This document shows positions 31,184-39,011 of a DNA stretch of 64,000 nucleotides, in pieces. Origin of the DNA: Fibrobacteria bacterium (GTDB taxonomy: Bacteria > Fibrobacterota > Fibrobacteria > UBA11236); the NCBI GenBank assembly GCA_041746255.1, contig JBGTHM010000014.1, positions 17,713 through 81,712 of the forward strand, in the 5' to 3' direction. The first letter of the stretch is position 1, and the number at the start of each line of letters is the position of its first letter. A program made the position numbers and the translations under genes. Under the pieces are notes generated by a model. That model made no database searches. It had not been told where the DNA came from and saw nothing but the letters and a program-made list of their open reading frames with translations.

Positions 31184-31705
31184 ATGGACGTCAAGACGTT
31201 TGATAAAACCGACGAACTCGCGGACTTCGTATACGACGAGATATGCAATCTTCAGGAGAAAGAAGCGCTGGCCAAAATCGAGGCGAAATTGAAAGAGGTC
31301 GCTGCGAATTTGCCGAAAGGGTATTCCATCGCATTAAACTTCACGCTCGAAATTATCGACGAACATCGGGAACGATCCCTGAAAACCTTGCAAACGGGAC
31401 TTTGCTGTGAGCAGGGTCAGGATCCGCAATTCTCATCGGTAGGCGCCTCCCCCGCAAAATATGTGGTGGATGGAGCCATGATGAAGGTGCCGCATGATCA
31501 TTGCCCCAATTGCTGGGCTTTCTGGGGCTTTAAATCCCGTACCAAAGAATGCCGTACTTGCGGATACCAATTGGGTCGTGAAGTGAAGTTGTTGTTGGAT
31601 AGCAATGTCTGTCCTTTTTGCGAGAGCAGCGAAATCTCCCTTTCCCATCCCCGGTGCGGAAGGTGCGGCTACCACGCCGATACCGGCATGGTCGTCTGGG
31701 GCTGA
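31184..31705 (+). CDS. hypothetical protein with two C-terminal zinc-ribbon motifs
   Basis: 173 aa starting at the ATG at 31184 (MDVKTFDK). The pairs CPNC...CRTC and CPFC...CGRC form two CxxC-x(n)-CxxC ribbons. Confidence 0.5.
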   Translation: MDVKTFDKTDELADFVYDEICNLQEKEALAKIEAKLKEVAANLPKGYSIALNFTLEIIDEHRERSLKTLQTGLCCEQGQDPQFSSVGASPAKYVVDGAMMKVPHDHCPNCWAFWGFKSRTKECRTCGYQLGREVKLLLDSNVCPFCESSEISLSHPRCGRCGYHADTGMVVWG

Positions 31706-31760
31706 CAGACTTTCATTGGCCATTCCCGCGCCATCCCCTATAATGGAAAAGGGAGGCATC

Positions 31761-32120
31761 ATGCAGGAAATCGACGAAATCGTCCATCGTCTCCGGCAAA
31801 GGGATTACGCCTTGAAGGATGTGCGTGAAGCCGCGGAAATCGTCGCGGGTTTGCAAAGCCGGGAGCAGATTCTCACCTTGTCGGAAAAATTGCGTTGCGA
31901 CCATTCCCGTCAGGTTCGCATCATGGGGTTGTGTTTGCTTAACGCCCTCGCGAACCAATATCCTCCCGCCCAAGCGGCATTGGGAAAAGCCTCCGCCGAA
32001 GAATCCCTCCATTTGGAAGCCATTAAGCGGCTGGATACGGGCGCCGAGCAAGTGACGACCTCTTATCCGGGTATGGTTTCCTTGATTAAATGCTGGTTGA
32101 AAGAATCCAAGGCCTCCTAA
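31761..32120 (+). CDS. hypothetical small alpha-helical (HEAT-like) protein
   Basis: 119 aa. Strong RBS gggagg 5 nt upstream of the ATG at 31761. Predicted helical repeats (RQVRIMGLCLLNALAN). Confidence 0.5.
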   Translation: MQEIDEIVHRLRQRDYALKDVREAAEIVAGLQSREQILTLSEKLRCDHSRQVRIMGLCLLNALANQYPPAQAALGKASAEESLHLEAIKRLDTGAEQVTTSYPGMVSLIKCWLKESKAS

Positions 32121-32225
32121 GCGATTTTTGCAAATTCCCGATAATTTTGTGAGATTTCCTGCATCCTCCCGCTGTGGGAGGATTTGGTTGCGATTAACCC
32201 TTTTCGTGCCTTCAAGGAGAATCCC

Positions 32226-32660
32226 ATGAAAATTTTCCGGATTTTGGCTGGACTCGCCATTGTAGCGCTTCTTGCTTCCTGCGCCAGCCGTTCCGAACGG
32301 CCGGAGGTCGGCGGTTTCGTCACTTATGGTCTGTACTTTGCCAGTTTGCCTTCGGATCCCACGGTGACCTTCAGCCTTTCGCTGAGCCAGAACAAGACCT
32401 ATACTAAAAGAAGGCATAAAGACGATTGTCTGCTCTCGGAAACAGGCGGTATTTGGAATGCTGATCATGAAGGGCTGGAATTTCATATGGACCGCCTCCG
32501 TCATCGGGGAGATTGCGATTCGGCTTGGGAAGAAAAAAACGAGAAAAAGGTCAGTCGGAGATTCATTCGAGGAATGTCGGCAGCGTCCTTCGAATTGCTC
32601 GACGATGGCGATGGTTACATGGAGCCTGAATGGCTTACCTTCCGGAAGCGCAATCTGTAA
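32226..32660 (+). CDS. hypothetical lipoprotein
   Basis: aaggag RBS 6 nt upstream of the ATG. Signal/lipobox MKIFRILAGLAIVALLASC. 144 aa. Confidence 0.55.
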   Translation: MKIFRILAGLAIVALLASCASRSERPEVGGFVTYGLYFASLPSDPTVTFSLSLSQNKTYTKRRHKDDCLLSETGGIWNADHEGLEFHMDRLRHRGDCDSAWEEKNEKKVSRRFIRGMSAASFELLDDGDGYMEPEWLTFRKRNL

Positions 32661-32702
32661 TTTAAGATTGTCGAAGTTTGCCGGGAGGCGTTATCGGCTT
32701 TA

Positions 32703-34004
32703 ATGAATTTATTGCAGCAGTATTGTGAAACTCGGCGGGTGACCGAAGGGCTGTGTCGGCCACTCGAAATTGAAGATTATGGCCTACAGTGCATGGACGA
32801 TGTCAGTCCGCCCAAATGGCACCTCGCGCATACCACGTGGTTCTTCGAAACCTTCGTCCTTCGCCCTGAACTACCCGCTTATCGGATTTTCCACTCCCGC
32901 TTTCACGAACTCTTCAATTCATACTACCTAACGGCCGGAGCCCCCCTTTCCCGTTCACGGCGGGGGCGGCTTTCGCGACCGACGGTAGCGGAGATCTATG
33001 CCTACCGCCGGCATGTGGACGAGGCCATGAGAACGTTGCTTGGGGATGATCCGCAAGCGGTGTCGCCCCAAGCCGCAGGGGTTGTCGAGCTCGGCATTCA
33101 TCACGAACAGCAACACCAGGAATTATTGTTGATGGACATCAAATACAATTTCTGGTGCAATCCCTTACGTCCGACCTACCTTGAGCCAAGGTCCGCTTCG
33201 GCTGATCACAGCGTGACGGTTTCAGCGCCGGGGTGGGTCGGTTTCGCCTCCGGTATACGCGAAATCGGCGATAGGGGAGAGCGTTTTGCTTTTGACAATG
33301 AAAAGCCGAGGCATTTGCAGCACCTGGAGTCCTACTCGCTGGCCGACCGTCCCGTTACTTGCGGAGAATTCCTCGAGTTTATCGAAGCCGGGGGTTACGG
33401 CCGCCCGGAATTATGGCTATCCGACGGTTGGGACGCGGTGTCGCGGCTGGGGTGGAATGCCCCTCTGTATTGGGAGCTGGAAGGCGGAGAATGGAGGCAA
33501 TATACGCTGCGCGAAGGCATGCGGCGCATGGATGAAGCCGAGCCCGTTTGCCATATCAGTTATTTCGAAGCGGACGCCTTTGCGCGATGGTCGGGGAAAA
33601 GATTGCCCACCGAAGGAGAGTGGGAGACGGCGGCGAACTCCGTGGTAAAGGAGGAAGGTGACGTCATGGTCGGTGCGAACTTTCTCGAAAGCGGGGAACT
33701 GCATCCTCGCTCCCTGAATCGGGCCAGCGGCGGAGCGGCTTCCCGGCCCGGCTTGCAAAAGCTGTTCGGGGATGTGTGGGAATGGACCCAAAGCGCGTAT
33801 TCAGCCTATCCGGGGTATAGCCCACTCCAGGGAACCCTGGGCGAGTACAACGGTAAATTCATGAACAATAATCTGGTTTTACGCGGCGGCGCCTGTGTCA
33901 CCCCGGGATCGCATTTACGCGTGAGTTACCGGAATTTTTATCGCCCGGATAGTCGATGGCATTTTTCGGGCGTACGCCTGTGCCGGAATGGAAAGAATGA
34001 ATAA
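32703..34004 (+). CDS. egtB: ergothioneine biosynthesis sulfoxide synthase EgtB (DinB_2 + FGE-sulfatase domains)
   Basis: WHLAHTTWFFETFVL and the iron-binding motif HHEQQHQE (HX3HXE). The C-terminal FGE-like domain ends GVRLCRN. 433 aa, with no fused methyltransferase, so it is EgtB rather than OvoA. Confidence 0.8.
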   Translation: MNLLQQYCETRRVTEGLCRPLEIEDYGLQCMDDVSPPKWHLAHTTWFFETFVLRPELPAYRIFHSRFHELFNSYYLTAGAPLSRSRRGRLSRPTVAEIYAYRRHVDEAMRTLLGDDPQAVSPQAAGVVELGIHHEQQHQELLLMDIKYNFWCNPLRPTYLEPRSASADHSVTVSAPGWVGFASGIREIGDRGERFAFDNEKPRHLQHLESYSLADRPVTCGEFLEFIEAGGYGRPELWLSDGWDAVSRLGWNAPLYWELEGGEWRQYTLREGMRRMDEAEPVCHISYFEADAFARWSGKRLPTEGEWETAANSVVKEEGDVMVGANFLESGELHPRSLNRASGGAASRPGLQKLFGDVWEWTQSAYSAYPGYSPLQGTLGEYNGKFMNNNLVLRGGACVTPGSHLRVSYRNFYRPDSRWHFSGVRLCRNGKNE

Positions 34005-34968
34005 TACCCTGGAACCCTTATGCGATTTGGCTCCTGAAATGGGAATGCAACCCGAAGAAATCCTTACCGGCCTCACGAAAACGCCGAAAATTTTACCGCC
34101 GAAATACTTATACGATTCGCGGGGATCCCGGCTTTTCGACCGTATTTGTGACTTGCCGGAATATTATCCCACCCGATCCGAAGTCGAAATACTCAATGAA
34201 CATGCCTTCGAAATGGCGGCATCAATCGGGAACGACGCCGTGCTGATCGAATACGGCAGCGGCAGTAGCCTGAAAACGGATATTTTGCTCAAGAATTTGA
34301 CCGAGGTAGCCGCCTACGTTGCCATCGATATCGCACGCGAACATTTGCTGACTTCGGTGGAGAGTTTATCGGAGCGCTTTCCCGATCTCCGGATATTCCC
34401 CGTATGCGCTGATTACATGCGCTTGGATACTTTGCCGATTGAAGGGGATTTACCCGGCGGCAAGAGGGTGGTTTTTTTTCCGGGGTCGACTCTGGGTAAT
34501 CTTCACCCTCAGGATGCGGCTTCCCTATTGCGCCGCATGCGCCGGCTGTACGGGCCCGATGGTTATCTCATACTCGGCGTGGATTTACGCAAAGATAAAC
34601 GGGTGCTGGAAAACGCCTATAATGATTCCCAAAATGTTACGGCCCAGTTCAATTTAAACCTGCTTCGCCGTCTGAATAGAGAACTGGGAGCCGATTTCCG
34701 CTTGGAGGCCTTCCGTCATCTGGCCTTTTTCAATGCGGAAAAATCCCGGATTGAAATGCACCTGGAATCGCTTTGTAAACAGTCGGTCACCCTGGTGGGG
34801 AAGCAGGTGTGGTTTGAGAAAGGTGAAACCTTGCACACGGAAAACTCTTATAAGTATGGCCTTGAGGAAATTCGCTCCCTGCTGCGCGCGACCGGTTTCG
34901 ATCCGGTGGCGAGTTGGACGGATTCCCGCGGACTTTTCAGCCTTCACTTCGGTCGATCCTCCTACTAG
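33988..34968 (+). CDS. egtD: L-histidine N-alpha-methyltransferase EgtD
   Basis: YLYDSRGSRLFDRICDLPEYYPTRSE is the EgtD N-terminal signature. SAM-methyltransferase fold. 326 aa. Overlaps the egtB stop by 17 nt. Confidence 0.8.
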   Translation: MERMNNTLEPLCDLAPEMGMQPEEILTGLTKTPKILPPKYLYDSRGSRLFDRICDLPEYYPTRSEVEILNEHAFEMAASIGNDAVLIEYGSGSSLKTDILLKNLTEVAAYVAIDIAREHLLTSVESLSERFPDLRIFPVCADYMRLDTLPIEGDLPGGKRVVFFPGSTLGNLHPQDAASLLRRMRRLYGPDGYLILGVDLRKDKRVLENAYNDSQNVTAQFNLNLLRRLNRELGADFRLEAFRHLAFFNAEKSRIEMHLESLCKQSVTLVGKQVWFEKGETLHTENSYKYGLEEIRSLLRATGFDPVASWTDSRGLFSLHFGRSSY

Positions 34969-35046
34969 GCCTGGCAGCCTGAGCCCCCAGCCGTTCCTTT
35001 GCCAACCTATAAAAGGCTTGTGCGGTATTTTTCAAACATTTATCTC

Positions 35047-36285
35047 ATGAATAAGGGGGTGGATGTGAAACCAACGGGGGGCGAAATGGGGAATAAGGCG
35101 ATCGCTTTGAATCATGCCAAGGAGGGTATTGATTCCTCCGACTTCTCGGAGTTGACCGAACCTCGTGAGGGATGGTGTGTTTCCCTTTATCTCCCGCTTG
35201 TAACCACGGGTAGGGAACTCCACCAGTCTCCCATCCGCTTGAAGAATCTCAGGGGCCGGGCTTATGAATTGTTGCGGGAAAAAGGCATGCGCGGTTCCGA
35301 CTTGGAAGCGTTTTTCGAACCCTTGGACAACCATTTCTCCACCGCTTTCATTGATAAATATCAGGGGCAGGGTTTGTGCCTTTTCCTGGCTGAGGGTTTC
35401 TTTCGCTGCTTCTATCCTCCCTTGCGATTCGACGAATTCGTACACCTTGGCCATCGCTTTCATTTGAAGCCGCTGCTTCCCCTCATATCGGAGGGGCGAA
35501 GGTCGTATCTGGTGCTGGCCCTGGGCTTGCATCAAACCCGGCTTTTCCGGATGACGTTACAAAGTATGGAAGAAATGGATTTGCCGGGCGTGCCGTCTAC
35601 GATCGAAGGAGCGCTGAATAAAGATGTTCCGGAACAGGGTCAGCAATTTTATACCGGAACTCCTTCGCAAGGACCCGGTCGCATGAGGCCGGCTATTTTT
35701 TTCGGCACCGGAGGCGGCCGGGACGGTCGCGAGATGAAAAGAGAGATCCTGCAATATTTCAAAATCGTGGATGGCAAGCTGCAAGGCGTAATGGCGAATG
35801 AGCGCGATCCTCTGCTGCTGGCGGGGATTGATTATTTACTTCCGCTTTTTCGAGACGCTTCTGCTTATGGAAATATCCTGGATGAAGCCATCACGGTCAA
35901 TTCGGAAGGAATGTCGGTAGGCGCTCTTCATGCGCTGGCCTGGGAGAAAGTCAAGCCGCAACGGGACCTGGCGGTGACGGAGGCTCTGGAAAAATACCGG
36001 GCGAAAATGGCGTCCGGTCTGGGAGGCAATGACCTCTTCGCCGTAGTCCCCGCGGCAGCCTATGGTCGAGTGGAACAGTTGTTTCTGCCGGGCGGGCGCA
36101 ATAAATGGGGCGCCTTCGACATGAATTCCGGACGGGTGGAAATCCATTCCACCGAGAAGGAGAATAGTGTCGATTTACTGGACCTGGCGGCGGCCCAAAC
36201 GTTGCGGAACAACGGAGAGGTTTTCGTCCTGGATGCCGAAGCCATGCCCGACCATACCGGCATCGCCGCAGGCTATCGCTACTGA
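35047..36285 (+). CDS. hypothetical protein with an eRF1/Pelota-like C-terminal domain (baeRF-like, bacterial archaeo-eukaryotic release-factor family)
   Basis: The C-terminal end ...VDLLDLAAAQTLRNNGEVFVLDAEAMPDHTGIAAGYRY resembles the GGIGAILRY terminus of eRF1/Pelota domain 3. About 410 aa. Start ambiguous (ATG at 35047 or 35086). Confidence 0.5.
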   Translation: MNKGVDVKPTGGEMGNKAIALNHAKEGIDSSDFSELTEPREGWCVSLYLPLVTTGRELHQSPIRLKNLRGRAYELLREKGMRGSDLEAFFEPLDNHFSTAFIDKYQGQGLCLFLAEGFFRCFYPPLRFDEFVHLGHRFHLKPLLPLISEGRRSYLVLALGLHQTRLFRMTLQSMEEMDLPGVPSTIEGALNKDVPEQGQQFYTGTPSQGPGRMRPAIFFGTGGGRDGREMKREILQYFKIVDGKLQGVMANERDPLLLAGIDYLLPLFRDASAYGNILDEAITVNSEGMSVGALHALAWEKVKPQRDLAVTEALEKYRAKMASGLGGNDLFAVVPAAAYGRVEQLFLPGGRNKWGAFDMNSGRVEIHSTEKENSVDLLDLAAAQTLRNNGEVFVLDAEAMPDHTGIAAGYRY

Positions 36286-37394
36286 TCCGATTCCGAATCC
36301 TTTGCTCGACCCGCTGTGGGGCTATCCGACTGCGAGTGGAGTTCGGCGCGCACCCGCGGCAGTGCGGCGGGATATTCCCTTTGGATAAAAGCAATCATGC
36401 GTTCGCGCAGCAGGCATCGCAAATCCCAGGCTTGGGAGGCATCCTTCGCGCTGACTAGAAGCCGCAGTTCCAGGGTTTCCGGTTTGGAATCGGTGACTTG
36501 CAGCCCGCACACTTTTCCGTCCCAAAGGTCGGTGGTTTTGACCTGTTTCAACAATTCTTGGCGTATTTCCTCCACGGGTACCGTATAGTCGGTATACAGG
36601 AATACGGTGCCCAGGATATCCGCCGAGACTCGGGTCCAATTCTGGAAAGGCGTTTCGATAAAATAAGTTATGGGTACTACGAGGCGCCGCAAATCCCAGA
36701 TTCGCACAACGACATAGGTCAAGGTGATTTCCTCGATGCGTCCCCATTCCCCTTCCACAATGACCACGTCATCCATGCGAATAGGCTGGGTGATGGCGAT
36801 TTGAATTCCCGCCAACAAGGTGCTGATGCTTTTCTGCGCCGCCAAGCCGATGATTATACCCGCAATGCCAGCGGAAGCCAGGATGCTCACGCCGATCTGG
36901 CGGATGCTCTCGAAAGTCATGAGCATGAAGGCGGCCGATGCGATAATCACCACCACCAACAGGACTTTCTCCAGAACCCCGATCTGGGTATACACTTTGC
37001 GGGCCAGCAGATTATCACCCGCGCCTATGTCATGCCTTTTCAATACCATGTCCCGCAAAAAGGAGATGCCATTGATGAGGAGAAAGGAGATGGAAGCGAT
37101 AAAGAGCAGGCTCATGCTGTGATGGAAGAGACCCATGGCCGATGGGGGCAGGCGCAGCGAAGGAACCACCAAGTTGATGAAAAGCAGAGGAAATATGAGA
37201 CGGCTGGGTTTACGGGCATACCGCAGTAGGGCTTCGTCTCCAAAAATACCGGTATGGCCGCTGAGCCGACCCAGGATTTTGAACAGCATGGCATGCACAA
37301 TGAGGCCCAGCAGGATTGCGCTGAGCACATACCCGGCTGAAATCAGCAGGTCATGCGAAAAATAGGCATGGGGTAGGGTTTTAAGGAATTCCAT
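36279..37394 (-). CDS. mechanosensitive ion channel (MscS family)
   Basis: N-terminal TM helices followed by the MscS beta-domain region (LVVPITYFIETPFQNWTRVSADILGTVFLYTDY, GEWGRIEEITLTYVVVRIWD). 371 aa. Confidence 0.8.
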   Translation of the reverse strand: MEFLKTLPHAYFSHDLLISAGYVLSAILLGLIVHAMLFKILGRLSGHTGIFGDEALLRYARKPSRLIFPLLFINLVVPSLRLPPSAMGLFHHSMSLLFIASISFLLINGISFLRDMVLKRHDIGAGDNLLARKVYTQIGVLEKVLLVVVIIASAAFMLMTFESIRQIGVSILASAGIAGIIIGLAAQKSISTLLAGIQIAITQPIRMDDVVIVEGEWGRIEEITLTYVVVRIWDLRRLVVPITYFIETPFQNWTRVSADILGTVFLYTDYTVPVEEIRQELLKQVKTTDLWDGKVCGLQVTDSKPETLELRLLVSAKDASQAWDLRCLLRERMIAFIQREYPAALPRVRAELHSQSDSPTAGRAKDSESDQ

Positions 37395-37507
37395 AGCGTA
37401 TAGGCGGCAAGGGTCGCTGCCCGAATTAAAAGTATCATAATCTCCCCTTTTTGGGGGTAGAATCCATTCAAGACCTTCCGCGAGTGTCTACCGTCGGGTT
37501 TACGGTG

Positions 37508-37768
37508 TCAGTTGGGGCTATTGAACTGCAGGATTTCGCGGCGAATTCGGCGTTTTGCCAGCGATTGCGATATGCCTCTCCAGATACCATGGGGTCGGGA
37601 AAAACCACGTGGCTTGTTTAGCGAGACCAATCGTTTATATATTCGGAATGCGAACAGAGCCAAGCCTGCTTTGGCGATGAATGCGCCCACCATCAGGTTC
37701 CGATTTTCCCGGCGGCGCGAGGACAACCCGCGAAAGTTTTTCCTCCAACTGCGAACGGCATTCGACAT
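37508..37768 (-). CDS. possible small basic protein (low confidence)
   Basis: 86 aa Arg/Lys-rich ORF with a strong RBS (aaaaggag, 6 nt spacing) in a 570 nt divergent intergenic region. No homology recognised. Confidence 0.3.
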   Translation of the reverse strand: MSNAVRSWRKNFRGLSSRRRENRNLMVGAFIAKAGLALFAFRIYKRLVSLNKPRGFSRPHGIWRGISQSLAKRRIRREILQFNSPN

Positions 37769-37965
37769 GGTAAGCTCCTTTTGGTGGAATTGAAATACTT
37801 TCGCTATCCGATTAAATAAAAATCCGATAGGCCATTAGGCAAAGGGAATCGAGTCTGTAAATTTGCTTCCGATGCCTATGCGACTTTTATTTTCAATGGC
37901 CTTTTACTATAACTTTGAAGCATGACGGAATTAATCCCGCCCCCCGGCCTGAAAGGAAATTAGCG

Positions 37966-38967
37966 ATGCCAGCAGCGATGCAAGTCATGCGATTGGATGC
38001 ACCCGGCGAGATGCTACGCAGGGTGGAGGAGCCGATACCGGTTCCCGGCGCCGGGGAGGTGTTGGTAAAAATCCGGCACGCGGGGATCAATCACCGCGAT
38101 TTGTGGATTCAAAAGGGAATGTACAGTTCCATGGCCCTACCCTGTATTCTCGGCTCAGATGCTGTCGGGGAAGTGGTGGGCGGCGATGACGAACCGAAGT
38201 GGAGGGGGCGGGACATTCTCATTCTTCCCTCGCTGGAATGGGGAAGTGATGACAAGGCTCAAGGCCCCCGATTCCGCATACTGGGGATGCCTGATGCGGG
38301 CACTTTCGCCCAATATATTCGCGTCCCTTGCGAAAATATTTTCGCCAAACCCGCCCACCTTTCCGACCCGGCCGCGGCGGCATTGCCTCTGGCGGGACTG
38401 ACCGCTTATCGGGCCTTGTTTACCCGAGCGCGATTGCAGCCGGGCGAACGGATTTTACTTACGGGAATCGGCGGCGGGGTGGCGCTTATGGCCCTGCAAT
38501 TCTGTCTGGCGCAGGGAGCGGAGGTATTCGTCACCTCCTCGCAAGAGCCAAAACTTAAGAAAGCGAAAGAACTGGGGGCCGCCGGGGGCGTTAAATACTC
38601 CACTCCAGCGTGGAAAGAAGAATTACTGGCTCTGGCCGGAGATTTCGATTGCATTTTGGACAGCGCCGGTGGAGATTCCTTTCAGGAACTGCCGGATGTT
38701 TTGAAGCCTGGCGGGAGGCTGGTCTGTATCGGAGCGACCCGCGGTAATCCACCGGGCCTGCCCCTGCGAAAAATCTTCTGGCGACAAGCCACCCTCCTGG
38801 GAAGCACCATGGGTTCGCCGACTGAGTTTTCGGCCATGCTACGCTTTGTGGAGGAGAAACGCATCGAGCCGCTCGTGGATCGAACCTTTCCCCTGGGCGA
38901 GGTCAATCAAGCCCTACAGCGCATGGATACCGGCGCGCAAATGGGTAAATTGGTGTTATCGGTTTAG
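37966..38967 (+). CDS. MDR-superfamily NAD(P)H:quinone oxidoreductase / zinc-binding alcohol dehydrogenase family protein
   Basis: PVPGAGEVLVKIRHAGINHRDLWIQKG...LGSDAVGEV, with a GxGxxG Rossmann (LLTGIGGGVALMALQ). About 333 aa. Start trimmed to the ATG at 37966. Confidence 0.75.
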   Translation: MPAAMQVMRLDAPGEMLRRVEEPIPVPGAGEVLVKIRHAGINHRDLWIQKGMYSSMALPCILGSDAVGEVVGGDDEPKWRGRDILILPSLEWGSDDKAQGPRFRILGMPDAGTFAQYIRVPCENIFAKPAHLSDPAAAALPLAGLTAYRALFTRARLQPGERILLTGIGGGVALMALQFCLAQGAEVFVTSSQEPKLKKAKELGAAGGVKYSTPAWKEELLALAGDFDCILDSAGGDSFQELPDVLKPGGRLVCIGATRGNPPGLPLRKIFWRQATLLGSTMGSPTEFSAMLRFVEEKRIEPLVDRTFPLGEVNQALQRMDTGAQMGKLVLSV

Positions 38968-39011
38968 ACGACGATTGTTTTTGTGAAAACGGGTAGGCCG
39001 ACAGACCAAGC

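Noticed and set aside
31713-32504. 263 aa minus-strand ORF
   Set aside because: It is antisense to three plus-strand small genes that have strong RBSs and a signal peptide. Its translation is Gly/Arg-rich low complexity, typical of spurious antisense ORFs in high-GC DNA.
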